Positions 1-10,000 of a DNA stretch of 40,313 bases are shown here, one piece after another. The stretch is from sequence record MT496969.1; one strand, written 5' to 3'. This DNA is from Escherichia phage Mt1B1_P3. Each line of letters opens with the position of its first letter. The first letter of the stretch is position 1. A program made the translations under genes and the position numbers. The notes below the pieces were generated by a model. The model was not told the origin of the DNA and made no database searches. It worked only from the letters and a program-made list of their open reading frames with translations.

Positions 1-202
1 AGAGACTCAAAGAAGACCTATAGCCTCTACCTATCGTCCTTCCATAAGCCATAGCCTAGACCTATCGTTGACCTGAAGTCCTGACCATCGGTCCAACCTT
101 ATGACAGACTGGCTGTGACTGCAAGGAGTAGTAACGGGTAGGGCCTTTGGTCTGGACTTAAAGAGGGCCTATGGGGAGACTTGAGGTTCTTGAACTGTGA
201 GA
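1..202. repeat. Left direct terminal repeat (DTR)
   Basis: Bases 1-202 recur at 40112-40313; the window ends inside the repeat, so DTR is at least 202 bp. Typical of T7-like linear genomes. Confidence 0.85.
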
Positions 203-240
203 TGTGGTCTCAAACTTTTGGTCCAAAACTCATCGTCACT

Positions 241-285
241 ACTGTAGGCCACAGCCACTGTAGGTCAAGGACCGTAGGTCAGGCG
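241..285. repeat. Short ctgtagg(t/c)ca-type repeats just inside the left DTR
   Basis: actgtaggcca...actgtaggtca...accgtaggtca in tandem-like array; same core (ctgtagg) as the array near the right DTR. Confidence 0.5.
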
Positions 286-441
286 ACACTAGGATAGACC
301 AATAAGTAGGATGACCCTAAGTGAGCTTCTCTTAAGGTGTTACCTAAAGTCCTTGACTACAGTAGCTAAGGTCAGTAGAGTGGGTCTTTATCCACGTACT
401 GACCTTAGGTCTTCCGCTCATGAATCGTTACCATGATTGCG

Positions 442-600
442 TTAATTACACTGAGACACCAGAGAACATACGAGAGTCTCGACCCACCCGACCCACTGAC
501 TTCCAGCAGTAACGCCAGCAGCAAGTAGAACAGCAGCAAGAAACCTGTATGTAGCTCGATTGGTCGCCAGAGCTTTAAGTACAGCTTTGGTCTTTGCCAT
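442..600 (-). CDS. 19.5: gp19.5-like small protein (52 aa)
   Basis: Hand translation MAKTKAVLKALATNRATYRFLAAVLLAAGVTAGSQWVGWVETLVCSLVSQCN; TYRFL and VCS motifs and position after the rightmost phage promoter match T7 gp19.5; AGGAGG 10 nt upstream of ATG. Confidence 0.55.
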   Translation of the reverse strand: MAKTKAVLKALATNRATYRFLAAVLLAAGVTAGSQWVGWVETLVCSLVSQCN

Positions 601-780
601 ATGCTACATACCTCCTGTATCTATGGTCGGTGACTATCTGTATTGGAGGGATTATGATTAATATCACCCTCCTTCCATCGGTGCAAGCCTTAGGTAAGAA
701 CTCGGAGTCTGCCTCCTAAGGTCTTGCATAAAGTCTGCATATGTATATTCACTACAGTAATACTATAAGTAACCGGGGGT

Positions 781-803
781 CTTCCCTATAGTGATAGTTA
801 AGT
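781..803 (-). promoter_or_regulatory. Phage RNAP promoter (phiOR-like), TSS about 786
   Basis: Minus strand ACTTAACTATCACTATAGGGAAG; matches the 10-copy consensus; lies between gene 19 and gene 19.5 as phiOR does in T7. Confidence 0.6.
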
Positions 804-897
804 CCAAACTCCTTGTAAAACAGTAGGTTAGACTGGTAGTAACTATAGGTTACTAACTGCTTATTAATTCAGTTTTCGCCTATAGTTATTCATTCAG

Positions 898-2661
898 CTA
901 GTGGAACGTAACGTAGGACCCTAGTCCCAGCTCGTCGTCCGTATCGTGAGTTACCCGGACCCCATTGTCCCAGAACTCCGTGTGGATGGACTCGAAGCCT
1001 TTCCGTGGGTTCTCCATCTGTTCCTCCAGCCACTCCTCAGTGACTTCACGTTCGCCTTTGTTGGCATCCTTCGCCATAGACTCAACGAAGAACTGTACAC
1101 CGATAGCCAGCGCATCAAGTCGGTCATCGTGTGCCAATGCTCCACGTTCACGAGAGATACGTGTCATCTGGTAGAAGAGAGAATAGATAGGGTTACGAAC
1201 ACCATCCTTATCAGAGGCAGACTGGTAATCTTGGACGATAGCAGCAGCGTTGACGATAAGTCGGTGAGACCCCATGATAGGCTCCAGAACGTCACAGATG
1301 CGTAGTTCCTTCTGACCCTTACTCTTCACTTCAGTTACAGCAGCAGGATGAATACGGGAAGCTACAGGCTTGAATAGCTCAAGGTACATACCATCACCGA
1401 AGTTACCCTCAATGACGTATTCGTTTACCTTCCACTTACGACCAATCTTAGCCAAGGCTTCCAGCGTAGAGTCTTCATAGCCACCTCGCATACCGCCAAC
1501 TTCCATAGCGAAGATGTAGCCGTTTAGCTGGTACAGTACCGCATAACCTGTTTCATCCTTACCACGACCACTAGGGTCAATGACCAGAATCTTCTGGGTG
1601 TACGAACTGAAGGCAGAACCTACAGTCTGATACGTGTGGTATGAGTCACCCATGAGTCCAACGTTAGGAACGTCCTCACGCTTGTTCTGAGGGTTAGGAA
1701 GCCATTGGTAGACCATTGGGCTAGACGCTGGGTCCAAGTCTGCTACGATAAGGTCACGGAGCTTCAGAGGGTACTTCTCGGCATCACTCAGGTTAGGGTT
1801 AAGCATGAATTGTAGAGCGAAGCCAGCTTTACCATAGGACAGCTCACGTTCCTTCAGGTCCGTATCATCGAATCGTACTTCATCGGTAGGACGCCAGTAG
1901 AAGGACTCAGGGTCCTCTTCAAGCTCTGCCTGAAGCATAGGAGCCAGACGGTCTCCGTAAGACTGCCAGTCCTTCTTATCGCGTGGGTAGCGAGCGGGCC
2001 AGATGGTAGTGGTATATCCACGACCTTCCAGCTCACGATACAAGGTCATCTCGTTCTGAGGAGTACCCAGATAGATGATTGTACCTCCCGGCTTCAGGAT
2101 AGCGTCGAACTCTTTCACAAGCTCTGACAGACGGTCTCGTGCAGCCTGAGTCGCTGAGTTGTTCGGAACCTCCACGTCATCGGCAATCAGGATGTCAGCA
2201 CGACTACCAGTCAACTGACCAGTGATACCAACGGACTTAACCGAAGGTGAGTGATCTGGCTTGGCTGGTCCAACGTCGAAGCTGATAACAGCATCTCGCT
2301 GCCCCTGCTTAGGTTTAAGTTCCTGAAGCTGAGGCATGAGGTCGATGATTCGCTTGATGAATATGGAGTTCGCATCTGCTCGTTCCTTTGAGGCCGACAC
2401 AATCATGAACTTCAAGTCTGGGTTGTTCCACAGTTTCCATACCACGAATGCGCACGTTATGAATGACTTCCCGATACCACGGAACGCCTGTAGGATGAAA
2501 CGCCTGTTGTCCCCAGCCGATAGTTTCTTCGCCATGTCAATCTGACAGCGAGTCGGGACTGGTAGTGACAGGGCTTTCCACAGGACGAACAGGAAGAACA
2601 CGAAGTCTGCCTTCATACGGGCAGTCATTAGCGCCTGACGCGCCACTAAATCTTTACTCAA
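898..2661 (-). CDS. 19: Terminase large subunit (DNA maturase B)
   Basis: 587 aa; collinear with T7 gp19 ([26 protein letters not shown] Walker A-like, [12 protein letters not shown]). Start appears to be TTG overlapping the Rz stop (TTGA) with AAGGAGGT 7 nt upstream. Confidence 0.95.
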   Translation of the reverse strand: MSKDLVARQALMTARMKADFVFFLFVLWKALSLPVPTRCQIDMAKKLSAGDNRRFILQAFRGIGKSFITCAFVVWKLWNNPDLKFMIVSASKERADANSIFIKRIIDLMPQLQELKPKQGQRDAVISFDVGPAKPDHSPSVKSVGITGQLTGSRADILIADDVEVPNNSATQAARDRLSELVKEFDAILKPGGTIIYLGTPQNEMTLYRELEGRGYTTTIWPARYPRDKKDWQSYGDRLAPMLQAELEEDPESFYWRPTDEVRFDDTDLKERELSYGKAGFALQFMLNPNLSDAEKYPLKLRDLIVADLDPASSPMVYQWLPNPQNKREDVPNVGLMGDSYHTYQTVGSAFSSYTQKILVIDPSGRGKDETGYAVLYQLNGYIFAMEVGGMRGGYEDSTLEALAKIGRKWKVNEYVIEGNFGDGMYLELFKPVASRIHPAAVTEVKSKGQKELRICDVLEPIMGSHRLIVNAAAIVQDYQSASDKDGVRNPIYSLFYQMTRISRERGALAHDDRLDALAIGVQFFVESMAKDANKGEREVTEEWLEEQMENPRKGFESIHTEFWDNGVRVTHDTDDELGLGSYVTFH

Positions 2662-3107
2662 TGCGTCACCTCCTTATCTTGCTGCAAGGCTCTCACAGTG
2701 TCCTGAAGGGCCTTAATCCACTTGTCTCCTTTCACTCCGATGGCGATAAGACGTTTAGCATCTCGTTCGTCAAGTTCGGCGTAACCATCAATGACGCATC
2801 GACCGTCACTTTGCGTGGTTCCACTCGTTGGCTTGACTCGGATGCGCAGCCGCTTATTGTCAGACTGAAGGTCAGCAATAATCCTATCAGTGCTGCCTTC
2901 CAGCGAGGACATTTCGTCCTGAAACCGTTTGGACACTTTGTTGACTTCAGCTTGGACAGCAAGCCTTGTATCTTCCGATGCCTTAAGATTCGAGGTGTAT
3001 TCTTCATTGACCTTAGCCTCCCACTTATTGTTAGCGGTGTGGTAGCCACCAGCAAACATCACTGCTGCAAGTAACCACGGAGCCGCTCTCTTTAAAAATT
3101 CGAGCAT
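2658..3107 (-). CDS. 18.5: Rz-like i-spanin (gp18.5)
   Basis: 149 aa, N-terminal TM segment ([14 protein letters not shown]) followed by charged coiled-coil region; position and size match T7 gp18.5. Confidence 0.8.
   Translation of the reverse strand: MLEFLKRAAPWLLAAVMFAGGYHTANNKWEAKVNEEYTSNLKASEDTRLAVQAEVNKVSKRFQDEMSSLEGSTDRIIADLQSDNKRLRIRVKPTSGTTQSDGRCVIDGYAELDERDAKRLIAIGVKGDKWIKALQDTVRALQQDKEVTH
2732..3007 (-). CDS. Candidate embedded Rz1-like o-spanin lipoprotein (gp18.7-like); start uncertain
   Basis: Alternate frame inside Rz encodes ...[25 protein letters not shown]...: hydrophobic stretch plus lipobox-like ISGC. No ATG/GTG/TTG close to the signal peptide; nearest in-frame ATG is at 3007. 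Confidence 0.4.
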   Translation of the reverse strand: MKNTPRILRHRKIQGLLSKLKSTKCPNGFRTKCPRWKAALIGLLLTFSLTISGCASESSQRVEPRKVTVDASLMVTPNLTNEMLNVLSPSE

Positions 3108-3165
3108 AGTTGCCCTCCCGGTTTATCAGATTTCACGTAGAGTCGCCTCCACTAGTTAGTGTTAA

Positions 3166-3205
3166 CCATAAAGGCCACTACATATAGTAATGACCTTGAG
3201 TCTAA
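3166..3205 (-). promoter_or_regulatory. Putative RNase III processing hairpin (R18.5-like)
   Basis: Conserved element ATAAAGGCCAC-N10-ATGACCTTGAGTCTA also at 26682-26719 and 33882-33921; imperfect stem AAGGUCA/UGGCCUU in minus RNA; located between genes 18 and 18.5 as in T7. Confidence 0.45.
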
Positions 3206-3208
3206 CAC

Positions 3209-3472
3209 TTATTGAACACCATACCCGGTGTCATTATCTTCTGTAGCTGAGAGCACCTTATCGTACTCTGCGTTCAGGGCCTCCATATCAGCGAGCGTCT
3301 TCTCGTCAACAGACACCTTGCTTAACACAAAGTTGTGACGAGCAAGCAGCTTCTCAATGGCGTTGTAGAGCTGAGGTGAACGCTTAGTGTCATCCCGCAG
3401 GTCTTGCAGCATGAGTCGAGCACGTTCAGTATCTAGCATTAAGAGGAACTTCTCTAAGTCCATCTGCGTCAT
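3209..3472 (-). CDS. 18: Terminase small subunit (DNA packaging protein A)
   Basis: 87 aa; size and position match T7 gp18 (89 aa); stop overlaps holin gene start. Confidence 0.8.
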   Translation of the reverse strand: MTQMDLEKFLLMLDTERARLMLQDLRDDTKRSPQLYNAIEKLLARHNFVLSKVSVDEKTLADMEALNAEYDKVLSATEDNDTGYGVQ

Positions 3473-3666
3473 GTTTTACCACTGCCTCCTTTAATCGTTT
3501 TGTAGACTAGCACACCAATCTGGACAACGGTGTACGCGATAGCTGCAACGTAGAACCATTCGTTCAGTGTAAGTCCGAAGAAGAACCGACTGGCACCATC
3601 AGCCGCAGCGGTCCCGACGATAGGAGAGGCTTTAAGGACCTCATTCTTGAAGTCTAACTCAATCAT
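3469..3666 (-). CDS. 17.5: Holin (gp17.5-like, class II)
   Basis: 65 aa with hydrophobic core (FFFGLTLNEWFYVAAIAYTVVQIGVLV) and charged C-terminus; T7 gp17.5 position. Confidence 0.75.
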   Translation of the reverse strand: MIELDFKNEVLKASPIVGTAAADGASRFFFGLTLNEWFYVAAIAYTVVQIGVLVYKTIKGGSGKT

Positions 3667-3777
3667 AAAACCTCCAGTTTAAAGCGGGTCGTCCGTGACC
3701 CAAAGTTGTTACCTTATGTTGTTTAGCGTGTAGTTAGCCTCTACCTCCACAACTTAATGGCAAAAGGGTTTTGTTTA

Positions 3778-6700
3778 TTACTTCTGTTCAAGAGCAGAAA
3801 GTCTGGCTTCGATTCTTTCCAGTTTTCTTCTCTGATAAGCGGCTTCAGCAAAGAAAATTCCGTCAGGCCGAACACCCCACTCCTCACCCTCTTCATGGAT
3901 AACCACCTCAGTGAATACAGGCTCTTCCGTAGTAGTGACATTACCCTCCTCGTCAGTGTGTTCAATGATTTCATTGTGCGAAAATACCGTATCGGTCATC
4001 CGTGGATACTTGTCATAGCACAGAACGGCATAACGACAATTCGTACTGTTTTCATCCATCAGACCGTGTGCAATGAATACATCACGAATTTGCTGAGCAA
4101 TAACCCCGAAGTGAATACGAGCATCATTGCCTTTCAGTTGAACAGCATCTAACCATTGATACATGATGTAGTGAACGTCACCCCAGGCATCTAGGAAAGC
4201 ATCATCAAAAACTACCGGCTCTGTTTTCTTCTCCCCATTAGAAGTAACAATAGGGTTGCTTCCGAGATATGCAGTTGTGAAACGGTTACTTGGTCCACCA
4301 AGCGCAATGACGTTATCGTTATAAGGCTTAACGTCAGCAGTCTGGAACAGATGCTCATCACCATTGTAAACTATTCGCCTTGAGTCTGTGTTATTTGCAC
4401 CATAAAGCGTAATCTGTGCGCCAGTCGTTGAACTGGTGCCTTCACCTCCGCAAAATATGGTGCGCTGCCCTGCCGGGTTATCAGTCGGTATAGACTTCCC
4501 GATAAACCCATATTCACCTTCCATTAAAACTTCAGAGCGAATGTTACTACTGGTGCTGGCTCTAAGGGTCACATGACCTAAACCCAAATCCCCTGTAAAT
4601 TCCATTGGTGCAGGAACAGTGCGAATCCCATTCGTATCAAAAAACACGGGAACAGCTCTGTTAGGTACAGCACCATACCTGAAATCACGGGAAACATGAT
4701 TGCTTGGGCCAATCTTCATTTTGTAGCAATACAAATCTGAGGGATGACCATCCGCTTTGAATGGGTCCTTCGCTGAGTTATCTCCATAGGTCCATGGGTT
4801 AAAATGGTCCTCTCCACCAAACATGTAGTAGATGTAATTATCCTTCACAACTACCGAACCAACACCTACACCTGAGTTAACTATTCCGCCCTGATAAATC
4901 TGGTCAGTGATGTTAACCCATTCAATATCATCTGCATTCCAATTGTTTACATTCAATCGTGCATAGAAGGTGCGAGGATAAGATGCCTTGTAACGATCAT
5001 CTGGTGCACCTGCTTCCCATTCATTTTCTGCACGTTCTGAACCAAACATAATAAGGTCATCCCCTACTTTAGCAAAAGGTAATGTAGTATGATGAACATT
5101 ATGTGGAAATCTCAGTGACTCCCAAGTCTGACCTATGTCTCTACTACGATGCAAAGAGCTACCTAGCCTATCCCCACGAGTGCCACGAGTGATAAGGTAT
5201 AATACACCGTCATAGTACTTTATGCACGGCTCTGACGCATCTGGTTCATACTCAGATGGTATCTGACGGCGAACATAACTAGATGGGCTATTGAAAGCGT
5301 CAGGGAAGTAGAAAAGCCCAACTTCGCGTGGAGCTACATCGCCTTGATGATAACCCATAACAAAGCCATTGTTATCAATAGTAGCAAAGCTATGCACCTC
5401 TGTGACACGAGGGATTAGACCAAGGTCTGTCTTACGCCATGGAGACTTATGGAAAGACGTACCCATGTGCCAATTCTTTCCAGCGTTATTCAAATCTGAA
5501 GTCTGCTGGTTGGGTGTAAGAACCGTGAAGTTGTCCTTATCTATTACGGTTGCAACAGTCATATCACCGGATACACCTGTTACCGCAGAATTAGAGAAGT
5601 TAACAAAATCACCCACGAATAGTCCGTGGTCTGGTACATGTATTGTTGCATATTGCTGATTTGCAGCTTTAGTGATACCACCAGTAAGATGCAGGCTACG
5701 AGACATGGGGCGATCCCATAATGCACAATTGGTTAATGCGTTCTTGGCTAAAGTACGTGTTTCAATCATGGCAAACAGACGGTTGCGACATACACCCATA
5801 CTCATACAGTGATAGTTCACTGTAGGGTAATCTGGATGCAGATCAGTTAGCCACTCTGGAGTAGACCATGTTTGACCATCATCACCAGACTTAACCCATG
5901 ATACATGCAGACGACTAACACCATGACGATCGCTACCCATGTAAGGTGCATATATCACATTATCATATACGAACGCTTTATCCTGAGGCCACGCATTGTA
6001 ATAAGGGGTGTCCGTTATTTTGAACAACTCACCCTGAACAAATTCCTCAGAGGCATAATAAAGAGGTTGTCCGGGAATGCGCTCATAAACGAAACGAGTG
6101 TTGATGAAGCGACTAATGTCAGGTAGGGATGTGACCTTATATGTCTTCCCATTGCCATTAATCTTTTGTCCAACCGGTATGTCGTTTAATGCGCTCGTTA
6201 ACGCTGCTGTATCATCAGTGACGCCATCACCTTTAGCACCCCAACCACGAACATCTTTTTCATCAAGCCAGCGTGCTCTATGTAATTCAGGGTAGAGTAT
6301 TGCCCCTTCAGGATTTGAAATCTGACTTCTTAAAGCAGCATCACCAACACTAACCCACGCACCTAATCCAATCCCACCGGAAGTTTCAGGAGTTGAACCA
6401 GCAGGAACGTTCTTTGGAAGCGTACCATCCCAGCGGTAATAATCACCATCCTCTTCCCATAGCAGGACCTCGCTCCATGTTGTAACGTTGTAGCCTTTCT
6501 CGAAGGAGCGACGGGTAATATAGCCAAGTCTACCAGCTTCCCTGATACTCTCAGCGATTCGTCGTGCTTCGTCCTCGCTATCCTTAGCGTTGCCAGCAGA
6601 GCTACTAGCAGCATCGGCATATTCCTTCGCTAAGTCAACCGTTTGGTCTCGACCTTCTTCTGCAATATGGATAGCCTGAAGCTCTGAATTAGTCAGGTCA

Positions 6701-6972
6701 CTAGCTGTCAACACTGAGCCATTCCTGAAGTCTACCACTAAGTCAGTTCCAGTCTGACGGTGAATACGAACGATGTCGAAACCTGATTGGTCAACCAACA
6801 TCTCAATCATCGTTGGATTAAGGAATCGGTAATCTCGACCAACTTCCAGTACACGGTTTAGGGTAGGGTTAGAGCTATTCACCAGCGTAACAACAATAAA
6901 CGTTCTGGCTAGGTAGTCGAACTCAATCCTGTACTGAGTGTTTCCTGAAGGGAATTGTGTAATCGTGGACAT
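3778..6972 (-). CDS. 17: Tailspike endosialidase (endo-N-acetylneuraminidase) with T7 gp17-like N-terminal adaptor and C-terminal intramolecular chaperone domain
   Basis: 1064 aa. N-terminus (FDYLARTFIVVTLV...DYRF...LVDFRNGSVLTASDL...IHIAEEGRD) aligns to T7 tail fiber N-domain; two Asp-box motifs SGDDGQTW and SRDIGQTW (sialidase beta-propeller); C-terminal GNDARIHFGVIAQQIRDV...AVLCYDKY resembles autocleaving chaperone domain of K1F endoNF. AGGAGG-CATA-ATG start. Confidence 0.93.
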   Translation of the reverse strand: MSTITQFPSGNTQYRIEFDYLARTFIVVTLVNSSNPTLNRVLEVGRDYRFLNPTMIEMLVDQSGFDIVRIHRQTGTDLVVDFRNGSVLTASDLTNSELQAIHIAEEGRDQTVDLAKEYADAASSSAGNAKDSEDEARRIAESIREAGRLGYITRRSFEKGYNVTTWSEVLLWEEDGDYYRWDGTLPKNVPAGSTPETSGGIGLGAWVSVGDAALRSQISNPEGAILYPELHRARWLDEKDVRGWGAKGDGVTDDTAALTSALNDIPVGQKINGNGKTYKVTSLPDISRFINTRFVYERIPGQPLYYASEEFVQGELFKITDTPYYNAWPQDKAFVYDNVIYAPYMGSDRHGVSRLHVSWVKSGDDGQTWSTPEWLTDLHPDYPTVNYHCMSMGVCRNRLFAMIETRTLAKNALTNCALWDRPMSRSLHLTGGITKAANQQYATIHVPDHGLFVGDFVNFSNSAVTGVSGDMTVATVIDKDNFTVLTPNQQTSDLNNAGKNWHMGTSFHKSPWRKTDLGLIPRVTEVHSFATIDNNGFVMGYHQGDVAPREVGLFYFPDAFNSPSSYVRRQIPSEYEPDASEPCIKYYDGVLYLITRGTRGDRLGSSLHRSRDIGQTWESLRFPHNVHHTTLPFAKVGDDLIMFGSERAENEWEAGAPDDRYKASYPRTFYARLNVNNWNADDIEWVNITDQIYQGGIVNSGVGVGSVVVKDNYIYYMFGGEDHFNPWTYGDNSAKDPFKADGHPSDLYCYKMKIGPSNHVSRDFRYGAVPNRAVPVFFDTNGIRTVPAPMEFTGDLGLGHVTLRASTSSNIRSEVLMEGEYGFIGKSIPTDNPAGQRTIFCGGEGTSSTTGAQITLYGANNTDSRRIVYNGDEHLFQTADVKPYNDNVIALGGPSNRFTTAYLGSNPIVTSNGEKKTEPVVFDDAFLDAWGDVHYIMYQWLDAVQLKGNDARIHFGVIAQQIRDVFIAHGLMDENSTNCRYAVLCYDKYPRMTDTVFSHNEIIEHTDEEGNVTTTEEPVFTEVVIHEEGEEWGVRPDGIFFAEAAYQRRKLERIEARLSALEQK

Positions 6973-7018
6973 TATGCCTCCTGTTATGAATTAAAGGAGA
7001 CCTATGGTAGCGCCTCCC

Positions 7019-7041
7019 GTTTCCTATAGTGATAGTTTAGT
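7019..7041 (-). promoter_or_regulatory. Phage RNAP promoter phi17, TSS about 7024
   Basis: Minus strand ACTAAACTATCACTATAGGAAAC immediately upstream of the tailspike gene. Confidence 0.65.
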
Positions 7042-10000
7042 CCTTGATGTGGATACCTTGCTCCTCAAACGTTCCAAGCAACAGCTTCTGGGTAATTGGG
7101 TCGTTCGGAACCAGTTCACGGAACGTATTATACATCCCGGTCATGTAGTCACGCTCGTTGACACGAGTATCCGCCTTGAGGTAGCCAGCCAAGTTGTAAG
7201 CCGAAGCGCCAACGTTAGCAGCATATCCGAAAGCTGGAACCTGCTCCAAGAAGTTACCAACAACATTCATCACAGGGCCACTTGTAGCTGCACCATACGC
7301 GATGGCACGTTCAGGCTTCTCTGTAGGCGAACGAGGTAGGATAGACGAACGGAGCATCTTAGTGTCCTCATACCCAGCGATGCCACCCAGAATGTTAGCT
7401 ACCCCAAGTGGTCCACCAAGATGTGAACTACGTGATAGAGCTGCATATCCAATCATCGTCGGGTCTAGAGCTTGCTTGAGGTAGTCACGGTCTCGACCAT
7501 CCTGCATAGCGTAAGCCTTGACGTGCGCCTGAGCCATGTAGTAGATACCAGCCAGACCCATAGACATCACAGTGGACAAGGCAGCGTCCATCGCTCGGTT
7601 GTTCTTCGTGGCGTTATAGAAGGTTCGCATGGTACGTCCATTGATGGACTTGATGACGAAGTTCTTAAACTGAAGGACAGTCTTAGCGAGAGGACCATAA
7701 GCCTTGGCGTCCATGTTGGACAGCTTGTGGGGCCGGAGTAACGTTTCGTCAGCGATGGTGTCACCCATACGCCATAGGTCCATAGCCCTTGGGTCCTGAC
7801 TGAACGCCTTCTTATCCTTGATGGTATACTTCCCGTCTGGACCACGAGTCACTGACTCACGGATTAGGGACTTAATGCCCTTCCACTGCTCGTCAGAGAT
7901 ACCAGCGGTCTTCAGCCAGCGGTCATCGAACTTACGCTTACTACCAGTCAGGCTATGCTCCACGATGTCAGACAGGAAGCCTTGACGTCCAGCATCTAAC
8001 AGGTAGTTGGTCGTACCGTTGAGGACTTTAGTGAACGGAGAGCGTACTGCAAGTTCGCCAGTGTAATACTTGGCAGTCCCCAGAGCTGTAGCTGCACCAC
8101 GACCGAGGTCACTGTAAGATCGCAGACGGTCAATGACATCCTGTTTAGACGGACGGATTGAGTCATCCAGCTCCTTACCAAAGATAACATTGTGCAGGTC
8201 CTTAATCTCTGAGGCCCCAACTTTCTTGTTACGGAAGGCTAGGTCACGGAAAATTGGGACTCCATGCAGCATTGCGCGAACGTTACCACGGGCCAGCATA
8301 CCACCAATCTCCGTTAAGTTCTGAACACCCATATAGGCATTCTTAGCGAAGAACGATAGGTCTGTCATTGTGCGCATCACGGCAGCGAAGGCTGCATCGT
8401 CAGCCCCATCACGTCGAGAACGACCAGTTAGAATCTTCAGTGTGTCACGCAAGGTAGATACTTCACCTTTCAACTTTCCGTCATCACCAGCCTTGTTCAT
8501 CATGGTCTCAACCAAGTCCTTCATTTCTTTCGTTGTCTTGCCTGTACCAGCCATAATAGCAATGTCACCATTAACTCGACGGTTGTATGCCGGGACAATC
8601 TTGTCCATGTCCCACTCACGCAGGTTGTTGACACTGAAGGTCTGACCGTTAGGCAGGACGATTGACATATCGCTATCGAACAGGTTACGAGCCTCAAGGA
8701 AGCTGTTGTTCTCCAGACCAACCAGACCGTTGATGTTCTCTTCCATTACGGATGAACGTTCGAACTGCTCGGTGTGGGAGATACCGTAAGCCTTATCGTT
8801 GGCGTACTTATCGACCGCAGCCGCAAGCCCTTCTGGAGTCAACGTAGGGTCAGACTCTAAGAGTGCCTCGTCCACGCGTTTCTTGACTTCAGGTCGAGAC
8901 GCATAGCTGGTCAACCATGACTTCTTGATGGCCTCCTGCAACGCCTCTGGACTCCCAAGCTCCTTGGTGTACAGCTCCTTCATCTGTTTGCTATACACAT
9001 GAGGGACGTAGGTTCCCTTGAAGCGGCTACCCGGAAAGATAGACTGAGCATCTGACCGACCAAACATAGCTGGGTTCTCCATCATCTCACGCTTGGCGTC
9101 AAACTGGTTCTTCAGTAGGTCATAGACTTTAAGTTCTCCCGGAGTCAGTTCAGCCTTCAGGTTTCCGCTGCCATCTTCGATAGCCATAGACACGCGCTGG
9201 TAGATGTCCTGACGGAATGCTCCAGAGTCTCGCCAGAATGCTGTCTGGAAGTACGGGTCCTTTAGTGCCTCAGTAACCGCATCGTCGATGTCGTTGTAGA
9301 ACCGATGGTCCACAGCACGAAGCCTCTCGAACACGTCTGACGCAGTTGTCCCTATTTTACCTGAGGCCCCAGACTGCATACCAGTCGGTGAACGTACTAA
9401 GTCAGCAGCTACTCCACGAATCTCAGGGTTATCAGACCGAAGCAGCTTCAGGCCAATCTCGGTAAGTCCACCAAGGTTCACACCAGCAGCGGCACGTTCT
9501 GGCTCAATCACTTCGTCGAAGACTTGACGTGTCTTAGGGTTCAGAGGGTTCTCACCAATCAGGATTGAACCATCTTCTAATCGTACACTTCCCGGCTCAT
9601 TAGGAACGTCAGCGAACTTAACGCCTTGATGACTAAAGGTCTGCTCACCTTCCTGAATAGGAAGACGAGACAGGTCCTGACCATCAACGTTACGAGCGGT
9701 CTCACGAGCTTCCAGACGTGTAGCTGGGCCAGCAAACTCATTAGTGTTGCGACCTAAGGCTCTGCCTAACCCATCAGCGATGGCAGTCATACCACCACCA
9801 AAGAGAGCACCACCAAGGATAGCTTCAGCCACATGAGCATCCCCACCAGCCACTGAGGTACGGGCCATCTCTGATACACCAGCAAGTGCTCCAGATTGAG
9901 CAGCCACGGTGAACATCTTGTTGACTAGCTTCGCACCTTTGCCAACCTGTCCAGCGATAGGAACATAGGTCAGCGGGTCTACACCAGCACCAATCACACC

